A DNA stretch of 64,000 bases from assembly GCA_963836085.1 (NCBI GenBank), contig CAWIHT010000014.1, forward strand, positions 7,187 to 71,186, given 5' to 3'. A model generated the notes under the pieces. That model made no database searches. It was given only the letters and a program-made list of their open reading frames with translations, and had not been told where the DNA came from. Numbering within the stretch: position 1 is the first letter of the stretch; each line of letters begins with the position of its first letter. This document shows positions 55,876-64,000 of the stretch, one piece after another. This DNA comes from an uncultured Actinomycetota bacterium. GTDB lineage: Bacteria; Actinomycetota; Acidimicrobiia; Spongiisociales; UBA5794. The position numbers were made by a program, and so were the translations under genes.

Positions 55876-58800
55876 ATGACGTACCAACAACAACTGCACC
55901 AGGAACGAGACGGGCTCTATCACCCTGGACTCGATCATGACTCCTGCGGCATCGGTTTCGTCGCCGACATCAAGGGCCGCAAGAGCCGCCAGATCATCGA
56001 GATGGGCCTCACCGCGCTCACCAACCTGACCCACCGCGGCGCCGTTGGGGCCGATCCCCTGGCTGGTGACGGCGCAGGCATGCTGCTCCAGATCCCCGAC
56101 CGTCTGTTCCGCTCGGAGATGACCGAGCAAGGCATCGAGTTGCCGCCGGCAGGCGAATACGGCGTCGGCATGATCTTCTTCCCCCAGGACCCCATCGACC
56201 GGGTCGTCTGCGAGAACCTCCTCCGTGAATTGGTGATTCGAGAGGGCCAGGTCGTCCTTGGCTGGCGCGACGTCCCCGTCGACTCGTCCTGCCTCGGAGA
56301 GAGCGTCACCGCCATCGAACCGGTAATCCGCCAACTCTTCATCGGCCGTGGCGAAGGCACCACCGACGCCGACACGTTCGAGCGCAAGCTCTACGTCATC
56401 CGCAAGCAGGCCCACACGCAGATGGCCGTCCGGGCACCGTGGGTCATTCAGGACGGTACGTTCTACATCCCCACCATGTCGGCCCGCACCGTCACCTACA
56501 AGGGCATGGTGCTCGCCAAGAATCTGTCGGTGTACTACCGGGATCTCGCCGACGAACGAACCGAGTCGGCCCTCGCGCTCATCCACCAGCGGTTCTCCAC
56601 CAACACCTCACCCTCGTGGCGCCTCGCCCACCCGTTCCGTCTCCTCTGCCACAACGGAGAGATCAACACGATCCAGGGGAACATCAACTGGATGATGGCC
56701 CGCCGCGAGAACATGTCGTCCGACATCCTCGGCGACGACCTCGAGAAACTCTGGCCCCTCATCGGTGACGGCGCTTCCGACTCGGCCACGTTCGACAACG
56801 CCCTCGAACTCCTCCTCGCAGGCGGCTACTCGCTTGGTCACGCCATGATGCTGCTCATCCCCGAGGCCTGGGCCGACAACCCGCTGATGGACGCCGACCG
56901 CAAAGCGTTCTACGAGTACCACGCGGCACTGATGGAGCCGTGGGACGGGCCGGCCGCCGTAGCATTCACCGACGGGCGCCAGATCGGCGCCACCCTCGAC
57001 CGAAACGGCCTCCGGCCCGGTCGCTACATCATCACCGACGACGACCTCATCGTGATGTCGTCCGAGATGGGCGTCCTCGACATTCCCGACGAGAAAATCG
57101 TCACGAAGTGGCGACTCCAGCCCGGCAAGATGCTGCTCATCGACCTCGAAGAGGGTCGCATCATCGAGGACGAGGAACTCAAGGACTCGCTGTGTGGCGC
57201 GAAGCCGTACCAGCAGTGGCTCGACGAGACCCAGATCAACATCGTCGACCTACCACCCGAGGTCGCATCGATGAAGCCGGACGCCGAGACGCTGCGCAAC
57301 GCCCAGAAGGCTTTCGGCTACACCAAAGAAGACATCGAGTTCTTCCTCAAGCCGATGGCATCGCAGGGCCAGGACCCGATCGGGTCGATGGGTCGCGATA
57401 CGCCGCCGGCCGTGCTGTCCGACCGCCCCAAACTCCTCTACGACTATTTCAAGGAGCGCTTCGCCCAGGTCACGAATCCGCCGATCGACCCGATTCGCGA
57501 GAAGACGGTGATGTCGCTCGTTTCCCTCATCGGCCCGAGGCCGAACCTGCTCGACCTCGACATGGGTGGCACGCAGAAGCGCCTCGAGGTGTACCACCCG
57601 ATCCTCACGAACGTAGGCCTCGAACGGGTGCGGCGGATCGAGAACCACGTCGACGACGCGTTCCGGACCCGCAAACTCAGTATCTGCTACCCGGCCGACG
57701 AAGGCGTCGAAGGTATCCGCCCGGCGCTGGAGCGACTCTGCGCCCGCGCCACGCAGACCGTGAAGGACGGGCGCAACATCCTGATCCTGTCGGATCGCTG
57801 CCAGGCCATCGACCGCATCGCCATACCCGCGCTCCTCGCAACCGCGGCGGTCCACCACCACCTGATCCGCGAAGGCCTCCGAACGGAGGTTGGCCTCGTC
57901 GTCGAGACCGGCGAGGCCCGCCAGGTGCACGACTTCTGCCTCCTCGGCGGATACGGAGCAGAGGCGATCAACCCCTACCTCGCGATCGACACGATCCAAT
58001 CGCTCGTGGACGAAATCCCCGGGACCCCGACACCGGCCGAGGCCCGCGACACCTACGTCGAAGCCATCAAGAAGGGCATGCTGAAGGTGATGTCCAAGAT
58101 GGGCATCTCGACGTTCCAGTCCTACTGCGGTGCGCAGATCTTCGATGCCATCGGCCTCAACTCGGAGTTCATCGACGACTACTTCACCGGCACCCCATCC
58201 GTGATCGAGGGCATCGGACTGGAAGAAATCGCTGCAGAGACGGTGCGCCGCCACGAGACCGCATTCGGCAAGAAGACCTACACCACCCAGTCCCTCGACG
58301 TTGGTGGCGACTACGCCTTCCGCGTCACCGGCGAGGAGCACGTCTGGAACCCCGAGACCATCTCGACCCTCCAGCACGCCGTGCGCTCCGGCGACTACGA
58401 GTTGTTCCGGAAGTACACGGGCATGGTCGACGATCAGACCCGCAAACTGAAGAACCTGCGCGGCCTCTTCACCCTCGACTTCCTGGACGAACCGATCCCG
58501 CTCGATGAGGTAGAACCGGCATCGGAGATCGTCAAGCGGTTCGCAACCGGGGCGATGTCGTTCGGTTCGATCTCGTGGGAGGCACACACCAATCTCGCGA
58601 TCGCCATGAACCGGATGGGCGCCAAGTCGAACACCGGCGAGGGCGGCGAGGAACGGAGCCGCTACGTCCCGCTCGAGAACGGTGACTCGATGCGCTCGGC
58701 CGTCAAACAGGTGGCCTCCGGCCGGTTCGGCGTCACCACCGAGTATCTCGTCAACGCCGACGACATCCAGATCAAGATGGCCCAGGGCGCCAAGCCCGGA

Positions 58801-60483
58801 GAGGGCGGTCAACTCCCCGGCCACAAAGTCAACGCGTGGATCGCCGAAGTGCGGCACTCGACGCCCGGCGTCGGCCTCATCTCTCCACCGCCCCATCACG
58901 ACATCTACTCGATCGAGGACCTGAAGCAACTCATCCACGATCTCAAGAACGTGAACCCGGGAGCGCGGATCAGCGTCAAGCTCGTCTCGGAGGTTGGTGT
59001 CGGCACGATCGCCGCCGGCGTCGCAAAGGCCCACGCCGATCACGTTCTCATCTCCGGCAACGAGGGCGGCACCGGCGCAAGTCCACTCACATCGGTCATG
59101 CAGGCAGGCTCCCACTGGGAGATCGGCCTCGCCGAGGCGCACCAGACGCTCGTCGAGAACCACCTCCGAGGCCGCATCGCCGTCCAGACCGACGGTGGAA
59201 TCCGTACCGGACGCGACGTCGTCGTTGCGGCGCTCCTCGGTGCGGACGAAGTAGGTTTCGGCACCGGAGCCCTCATCTCCGAAGGCTGCATCATGATGCG
59301 CAAGTGTCACCTCAACACCTGTCCGGTCGGCGTCGCCACCCAGGACCCCGAACTGCGCAAGCTCTTCCCCGGCGAACCCGAGCACGTCGTCAACTTCTTC
59401 ATGTTCATCGCCGAGGAGACCCGCGAGATCATGGCCCGCATGGGTTTCCGGACGTACGCCGAGATGATCGGCCAGAGCGACCGCGTGGGCGTGAACGGCG
59501 CGATCAACCATTGGAAAGCCGAGGGACTCGACTTCTCCAAGGTGCTGTTCAAGCCGGACCCGGACCCGGGGGTCTCCATCAGCAACACCGACTCCCAGGA
59601 CCACGGCCTCGAAAAGGCGCTCGACAACTACCTCATCGAGCAGGCGCAACCGGCGCTGGAAGCCGGCGAGAAGGTCACGATCGAGTCGCCGATCGCGAAC
59701 ACGAACCTGACGGTCGGAGCGATGCTCTCAGGCGAGGTCGCGCGACGCTACGGCCACGACGGGCTCAAGCCGGGGACAATCCAGGTGAAACTCAAGGGCA
59801 CCGCGGGCCAGAGCTTCGGTGCCTGGCTGGCGCGAGGCATCACCCTCCACCTCGAAGGCGTGGCCAACGACTACGTCGGAAAGGGCCTGTCGGGCGGACG
59901 CATCATCATCGAGTCCATGCCCGAAGGACCAACCGTGCCGAAAGAGACGGTCATCGTCGGCAACACCGTCCTGTACGGCGCGATCTCCGGCGACTGCTAC
60001 TTCAACGGCGGTGCCGGCGAGCGGTTCGCCGTGCGCAACTCGGGAGCCATCGCGGTCGTGGAGCGGGTCGGCGATCACGGTTGCGAATACATGACCGGAG
60101 GCTGTGTCGTCGTGATCGGCAAGGCCGGCCGCAACTTCGGTGCAGGGATGAGCGGCGGTATCGCCTACGTCATCGACGAAGGCGACGACTTCGAGAATCG
60201 GGTCAACCACGAGATGGTCGAGATCGAGCGACTCACGGTTCCCGACGAACCCTTCGACGCTCCCGAGAATCCGACGAGAGCCGAACTCCTCGCCGATCCG
60301 TTCAGCGATGACGCATGGCGTCTGAAGAAGCTCATCGAGCGCCACGCTCGGTTCACCAACAGTTCCCGGGCCATGGAGATCCTCGACAACTTCGAGGAGT
60401 ACCTCCCCCGGTTCTTCAAAGTGGTGCCGGTTGAGTATCGGCGGGCACTTGCGGAACAGACCGTCTCGACGGAGCGTGCGTAG
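55876..60483 (+). CDS. gltB: glutamate synthase large subunit
   Basis: N-terminal amidotransferase '[14 protein letters not shown]', FMN/Fe-S region '[15 protein letters not shown]', '[10 protein letters not shown]', '[21 protein letters not shown]', and a GXGXG C-terminal domain. 1535 aa with no interruptions. Confidence 0.97.
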   Translation: MTYQQQLHQERDGLYHPGLDHDSCGIGFVADIKGRKSRQIIEMGLTALTNLTHRGAVGADPLAGDGAGMLLQIPDRLFRSEMTEQGIELPPAGEYGVGMIFFPQDPIDRVVCENLLRELVIREGQVVLGWRDVPVDSSCLGESVTAIEPVIRQLFIGRGEGTTDADTFERKLYVIRKQAHTQMAVRAPWVIQDGTFYIPTMSARTVTYKGMVLAKNLSVYYRDLADERTESALALIHQRFSTNTSPSWRLAHPFRLLCHNGEINTIQGNINWMMARRENMSSDILGDDLEKLWPLIGDGASDSATFDNALELLLAGGYSLGHAMMLLIPEAWADNPLMDADRKAFYEYHAALMEPWDGPAAVAFTDGRQIGATLDRNGLRPGRYIITDDDLIVMSSEMGVLDIPDEKIVTKWRLQPGKMLLIDLEEGRIIEDEELKDSLCGAKPYQQWLDETQINIVDLPPEVASMKPDAETLRNAQKAFGYTKEDIEFFLKPMASQGQDPIGSMGRDTPPAVLSDRPKLLYDYFKERFAQVTNPPIDPIREKTVMSLVSLIGPRPNLLDLDMGGTQKRLEVYHPILTNVGLERVRRIENHVDDAFRTRKLSICYPADEGVEGIRPALERLCARATQTVKDGRNILILSDRCQAIDRIAIPALLATAAVHHHLIREGLRTEVGLVVETGEARQVHDFCLLGGYGAEAINPYLAIDTIQSLVDEIPGTPTPAEARDTYVEAIKKGMLKVMSKMGISTFQSYCGAQIFDAIGLNSEFIDDYFTGTPSVIEGIGLEEIAAETVRRHETAFGKKTYTTQSLDVGGDYAFRVTGEEHVWNPETISTLQHAVRSGDYELFRKYTGMVDDQTRKLKNLRGLFTLDFLDEPIPLDEVEPASEIVKRFATGAMSFGSISWEAHTNLAIAMNRMGAKSNTGEGGEERSRYVPLENGDSMRSAVKQVASGRFGVTTEYLVNADDIQIKMAQGAKPGEGGQLPGHKVNAWIAEVRHSTPGVGLISPPPHHDIYSIEDLKQLIHDLKNVNPGARISVKLVSEVGVGTIAAGVAKAHADHVLISGNEGGTGASPLTSVMQAGSHWEIGLAEAHQTLVENHLRGRIAVQTDGGIRTGRDVVVAALLGADEVGFGTGALISEGCIMMRKCHLNTCPVGVATQDPELRKLFPGEPEHVVNFFMFIAEETREIMARMGFRTYAEMIGQSDRVGVNGAINHWKAEGLDFSKVLFKPDPDPGVSISNTDSQDHGLEKALDNYLIEQAQPALEAGEKVTIESPIANTNLTVGAMLSGEVARRYGHDGLKPGTIQVKLKGTAGQSFGAWLARGITLHLEGVANDYVGKGLSGGRIIIESMPEGPTVPKETVIVGNTVLYGAISGDCYFNGGAGERFAVRNSGAIAVVERVGDHGCEYMTGGCVVVIGKAGRNFGAGMSGGIAYVIDEGDDFENRVNHEMVEIERLTVPDEPFDAPENPTRAELLADPFSDDAWRLKKLIERHARFTNSSRAMEILDNFEEYLPRFFKVVPVEYRRALAEQTVSTERA

Positions 60484-61922
60484 TGGGCTCACCAACCGGC
60501 TTCCAGGACATCAGTCGCCAGCAACCCGGCACCCTCCCGGTTGAAGAGCGGACCAAGAACTTCCGCGAGTTCGCAATCCCCCTGGTCAAGGCCGAGGTTG
60601 CACAGCAGGGTGCCCGCTGCATCGACTGCGGCATCCCCTACTGTCACTCCGGTTGCCCCGTTGACAACCTCATCCCCGACTGGAACGACCTCGTGTACCG
60701 GGGCCGGTGGCGTGAGGCCATCGACGTTCTCCACTCGACCAACAACTTCCCGGAGTTCACCGGACGCGTCTGTCCGGCGCCGTGCGAGGAGGCGTGCACG
60801 CTCAATCTCCACGATGCTCCCGTCTCGATCAAGGCGATCGAGTACTCGATCATCGAAAAGGCCTGGCGCCAGCGCTGGATCGAACCGAAGATCCCGCGCC
60901 GCCGCACCGACAGACGGGTCGCCGTCGTCGGATCCGGGCCGGCGGGCCTCGCCGCTGCGCAGCAACTCGCCAGAGCGGGTCACAACGTGGAGGTCTTCGA
61001 GAAGAACGCCAAGATCGGCGGCCTCCTCCGCTACGGCATCCCCGATTTCAAGCTCAAGAAGCGGGCAATCGACCGACGGATGTCCCAGATGCAGGCCGAA
61101 GGCGTCGAGTTCCGCGTCAATCGACACATCGGTGTGAACTGGCCGGTCGAGCGGCTGCTCAACGAGTACGACGCGGTCGTGCTGGCCGCCGGTTGCGAAC
61201 AGCCCCGCGATCTCACCATTCCCGGCAGGGAACTCGACGGCGTGCACTTCGCCATGCCGTTCCTGACGCAACAGAACCGCAGGGTCGGCAACGAGCCGCT
61301 CGGCGACCAGGAACCGATCTCCGCCGAAGGGAAGCACGCGGTCGTCATCGGCGGCGGCGACACCGGCGCCGACTGCGTCGGCACGGCGAACCGGCAGGGC
61401 GCTGCATCGGTCACCCAACTCGAACTCCTACCGAAGCCCCCCGACCACCCCGACAAATCGCTCGTCTGGCCCAACTGGCCGACCAAACTCCGCACCTCGT
61501 CCTCGCACGAGGAGGGATGTGAACGGATGTGGTCGGTTGCTACCACCTCGTTCGCGGGTTCCGACGGCAAGGTCGGAAGCCTGCACGGTACGAGCGTCGA
61601 CTGGCGGCAGACGAACGGCCGCTGGGAGATGACCGAAGTCGCAGGCAGCGAGTTCGAACTCAAGGCAGACCTGGTGCTGCTTGCCATGGGTTTCGTGAGC
61701 CCCGTCCACCAGGGATTGCTGGAGCAACTCGAGGTCGCCATCGATCAGCGCGGCAACGTCGCTGCCGATGAGAGCGACTACGCCACAACGATCCCCGGGG
61801 TGTTCGCCGCCGGTGACATGCGCCGAGGACAATCCCTCGTCGTCTGGGCCATCCGAGAGGGCCGCCATTGCGCACGAGCCGTAGACGAATACCTCATGGG
61901 GCACACCGACCTGCCCGAGTAG
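60483..61922 (+). CDS. gltD: glutamate synthase small subunit (NADPH-dependent)
   Basis: The GTG overlaps the gltB stop (TAGTG). '[15 protein letters not shown]', '[17 protein letters not shown]', '[22 protein letters not shown]' and '[22 protein letters not shown]'. Confidence 0.95.
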   Translation: MGSPTGFQDISRQQPGTLPVEERTKNFREFAIPLVKAEVAQQGARCIDCGIPYCHSGCPVDNLIPDWNDLVYRGRWREAIDVLHSTNNFPEFTGRVCPAPCEEACTLNLHDAPVSIKAIEYSIIEKAWRQRWIEPKIPRRRTDRRVAVVGSGPAGLAAAQQLARAGHNVEVFEKNAKIGGLLRYGIPDFKLKKRAIDRRMSQMQAEGVEFRVNRHIGVNWPVERLLNEYDAVVLAAGCEQPRDLTIPGRELDGVHFAMPFLTQQNRRVGNEPLGDQEPISAEGKHAVVIGGGDTGADCVGTANRQGAASVTQLELLPKPPDHPDKSLVWPNWPTKLRTSSSHEEGCERMWSVATTSFAGSDGKVGSLHGTSVDWRQTNGRWEMTEVAGSEFELKADLVLLAMGFVSPVHQGLLEQLEVAIDQRGNVAADESDYATTIPGVFAAGDMRRGQSLVVWAIREGRHCARAVDEYLMGHTDLPE

Positions 61923-61942
61923 ATCGCCGATCGCCAATCCGA

Positions 61943-62150
61943 TTCCTCCCCTTCATGGGGAGGTGGCCCGAGCGCAGCCAGGGACGGAGGGGGTCTCCCC
62001 CTCTTGACAGAACCGCGATGAGACTCGCGGAGCGTCGAAAGGGTCTCCACCTCTCCATGAACTCGAGAGACCCCTTCCGTCACCGGCAATGCATCCCTGC
62101 ATTGCCGCTGCCACCTTCCTCTGAGGGGAAGGAATCGAAAAGGAGGAGGA
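61943..62150 (+). repeat. multi-hairpin intergenic repeat element, copy B
   Basis: Same block order and orientation as copy A, with a longer insert between 'ggagggggtctc' and 'gagagacccc'. It starts 21 nt after the gltD stop. Confidence 0.8.
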
Positions 62151-62243
62151 CTCGGCGACAGGTAGAGATCGGTCGGGGCGTGGGTCCTGTCTTGCTGGTA
62201 GCTGGCAGCTCAAAGTCCTTCGGCACTAGACAATGAACGGCCT

Positions 62244-63041
62244 GTGGGGGAACGTGGTGCCGTGGCTCTGGAAGCGTCTATCCGCCGGACGAGGCTGAGG
62301 CTTGGTATTGCCCTGTGTACAGCCGCGGCCGTGGCTACTTCGTGCGGTTCGGCCGAGCCGACCACCACCAGCACACTCGCCCCCACGACGACAGCCACCG
62401 TCGCTGCCACAACGACCACCACCACGCTGCCCTCGTCAACAACGGCCGCAGTTCGGTCCCCGGAACGCACGCTGCCTGTTCCCGATAACGCTGCGCCGAC
62501 GATCGACGGCGTCATCGCAGCCGGCGAGTGGGACGGGGCGACCGAGACGACGATGACGGATGGGGGCACATTGCTCTGGATGCGCAGCAACGAGACGCTG
62601 TACGTCGCGCTTCAGGGCCACAGCCTCGGAGCCGTCAACCTCGCGATCGCGGCCCGCGGCGAACTCTGGATCCTGCACTCGTCGGCCGCTCTCGGATCGG
62701 TGTCCTACGTCGAGGCTGGAGAAGACTGGACGCTCGTCCACGATTTCGAATGGTGTTGCCGCGGCGCCAACAACACAGCAACCCGCCTGGCCCTCCTCGA
62801 GAACGAGGGCTGGCAGGCCAACATCGGTTTCGCCGGCGACCGCGGCACCGTCGAGTACGAAGTGACCCTGCCATGGAACGGCGCGGCGGTCGCCGTGTCG
62901 TACCAGACCGAGGAAACCGACCCGGCGTTCTGGCCGGCCGATCTCACGACCGAGGCGACGGTGGATCTGATCGGTCCGTTCCCGAACGAACGCCAGTTCC
63001 ACCTTGACGAGTGGTACCACCTCGCATCCGCCGACTCGTAG
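62244..63041 (+). CDS. lipoprotein, unknown function
   Basis: Lipobox 'AAAVATSCGS', a Thr-rich linker and a ~190-aa globular domain ('APTIDGVIAAGEWDGA...'). The exact start is uncertain. Confidence 0.7.
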   Translation: MGERGAVALEASIRRTRLRLGIALCTAAAVATSCGSAEPTTTSTLAPTTTATVAATTTTTTLPSSTTAAVRSPERTLPVPDNAAPTIDGVIAAGEWDGATETTMTDGGTLLWMRSNETLYVALQGHSLGAVNLAIAARGELWILHSSAALGSVSYVEAGEDWTLVHDFEWCCRGANNTATRLALLENEGWQANIGFAGDRGTVEYEVTLPWNGAAVAVSYQTEETDPAFWPADLTTEATVDLIGPFPNERQFHLDEWYHLASADS

Positions 63042-63128
63042 CCAGGGCCATGAGCCGAAGTCGCGATTCCACCGATCAGGGTGCCATTGCAGGGCCGTTC
63101 GGGCGGGAGAAACGGGAAGAAGGCGAAT

Positions 63129-63275
63129 ATGGTTCTCCCAGGTTCGCAGGCGTACGCGAACTGGTACCGGTCGCACGACGATCCGTCGAAGCTGGCCGAG
63201 GGCAAGAAGGTCCACAACCACGCGTTGACCCCGCGGGTTCGCCACGCAATCGACAAGGAGTCGTCAGACTCCTGA
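63129..63275 (+). CDS. small hypothetical protein (48 aa)
   Basis: ATG at 63129 after AGAAGG, with G/C-rich third positions. 'MVLPGSQAYANWYRSHDDPSKLAEGKKVHNHALTPRVRHAIDKESSDS'. Confidence 0.45.
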   Translation: MVLPGSQAYANWYRSHDDPSKLAEGKKVHNHALTPRVRHAIDKESSDS

Positions 63276-63298
63276 GGCTGTGCTGACGCTGGCCGGAG

Positions 63299-63625
63299 TT
63301 AGGCGTTGCGCTCGCGGGCGCGGCGTTCGCGTTCTTCAGTACGCTCACGATCGCGACGTTCGCGCTCGGCCTTCCGCTCGGCCCGGTCGCGGTCCTTCTG
63401 GGCCTTCCACTCGGCTTCGTAGCGGGCGCGCTCGATCTTGAGTTCCTCTTCGTGACGGTCGTGTGAAGCTTCGCGTTCGGTGTCCTGTAGATCGCGCGAA
63501 GCCTCGCGTTCGGTGTCCTGCAGATCGCGCGTGGCCTCGCGTTCGGTGTCCTGACGATCGCGCTCCTCGCGTCGTTCGTCGGCTTCCTGCTGATGTCGAT
63601 TATCGCTTGACAGATCGCCGGTCAT
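63299..63625 (-). CDS. highly charged (D/E/R/K-rich) repeat protein
   Basis: 108 aa, almost entirely E/R/D/K/T/Q, with three tandem 'RDLQDTEREA(S/T)' units and an 'ERKAERERRDRERTEERERRARE' tail. Confidence 0.55.
   Translation of the reverse strand: MTGDLSSDNRHQQEADERREERDRQDTEREATRDLQDTEREASRDLQDTEREASHDRHEEELKIERARYEAEWKAQKDRDRAERKAERERRDRERTEERERRARERNA
63468..63566. repeat. 3 x 33-nt tandem repeat inside the charged-protein gene
   Basis: 'gcttcgcgttcggtgtcctgtagatcgcgcgaa' / 'gcctcgcgttcggtgtcctgcagatcgcgcgtg' / 'gcctcgcgttcggtgtcctgacgatcgcgctcc'. Confidence 0.9.
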
Positions 63626-63712
63626 GAGTTCGGTCCCGTCTCAAGAGAATTGCGCCGTTGTCTGACTACAAGGTAGCGCCCGCCGGAGCTGGAGCGGTCG
63701 GAGAATCCTCGA

Positions 63713-64000
63713 TCATTCGCCGATGCCGTCCGACAGTGCGCGGTAGAAGGCTGCTTCGTGAAGGCCTCCCCGGGCGTCGAACGGACCATCGCTATTGCTG
63801 AAGACCACGGGAACGTCCCGGTCATCGATCGGAGGGAACGTGCGGTACACCCCGAAGCGGAGGACGGGACCACCGGTCCGGCCGGTCTCCCCACTCAGTC
63901 CGATCTCCTGACCCTGGGCCACCTCATCTCCGATCTCGACGAGGGCCCCTTCGTGCTGCAGATGCGCAGAGAAACCGGCGGTGCCGTCGTCGTGCTCGAT
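63713..64000 (-). CDS. M23/LytM-family peptidase domain protein, 5'-partial (runs off the window), apparently degenerate active site
   Basis: The frame is open to 64000: 'IEHDDGTAGFSAHLQHEGALVEIGDEVAQGQEIGLSGETGRTGGPVLRFGVY'. This is the M23 pattern, but the usual 'GPHLHF' reads 'GPVLRF'. Confidence 0.65.
   Translation of the reverse strand: MEHDDGTAGFSAHLQHEGALVEIGDEVAQGQEIGLSGETGRTGGPVLRFGVYRTFPPIDDRDVPVVFSNSDGPFDARGGLHEAAFYRALSDGIGE

Noticed and set aside
57250-59649. 799-aa ORF on the minus strand inside gltB. Similar long antisense ORFs include 15303..16349, 9336..10319, 22125..23219, 29181..30317, 36040..37374, 43030..44010, 48754..50019, 50698..52017 and 60489..61418.
   Set aside because: These are shadow ORFs typical of high-G+C DNA. 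Their translations are Arg/Gly/Asp/His-rich without motifs, and each lies antisense to a gene with clear family signatures.

Overview
High-G+C, actinobacterial-type chromosomal segment. Hand counts of two 60-nt stretches gave about 63% G+C in gltB and about 50% in the tcmP-like gene. The Cys-containing SLH-like surface proteins and Thr/Pro-rich lipoprotein linkers suggest an Acidimicrobiia-like Actinomycetota genome, but I cannot verify taxonomy. All domain calls come from reading motifs in the supplied translations; no searches were run.

Content, left to right:
(1) 0-7.6 kb: a partial secreted protein, a small zincin-like metallopeptidase, then about 6 kb of decayed genes. These are a tyrosine-recombinase remnant and two convergent, multiply frameshifted surface-protein genes.
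(2) 8-10.8 kb: a DUF4352-type lipoprotein with an internal tandem duplication, and an intact SLH-like surface protein.
(3) 10.8-19.5 kb: a conflict/defence-type island and the most interesting part of the window. It holds a wHTH-HNH-HIT fusion divergent from an SRA-like-HNH nuclease. Next comes a DUF2075 helicase/nuclease with a DCTPP1-like MazG and an Excalibur membrane protein. Last is a TcmP-like / DUF5131 (Gp37/Gp68, three-Cys) / SIR2-like operon.
(4) 19.9-24 kb: an aldehyde dehydrogenase and orphan 2-oxoacid dehydrogenase E1 alpha/beta genes.
(5) 24.5-30.4 kb: a lipoprotein, two more SLH-like surface proteins and an LLM-class oxidoreductase.
(6) 32.3-38.2 kb: a 1254-aa polytopic membrane protein with a C-terminal patatin-like phospholipase, an acyltransferase-3 protein and a CPBP protease.
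(7) 39.7-45.1 kb: an RRM RNA-binding protein and a GT4 / unknown / GH130 / GT4 glycan cluster.
(8) 47.2-48.4 kb: mazEF-like TA plus a short tyrosine integrase.
(9) 48.5-55.7 kb: membrane/lipoproteins, a CcdA/TlpA pair, a DoxX-MarR-LLM unit with a repeated operator palindrome, and GlcG.
(10) 55.9-61.9 kb: gltBD, with one copy of a multi-hairpin repeat about 0.6 kb upstream of gltB (just after the preceding LLM gene) and a second copy just after gltD.
(11) A lipoprotein, a highly charged tandem-repeat protein and a partial degenerate M23 peptidase.

No rRNA, tRNA or CRISPR array was seen. Several otherwise well-conserved genes carry single-base frameshifts at or next to short homopolymer runs, which may be assembly artefacts. 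Many long antisense shadow ORFs in the track are ignored.
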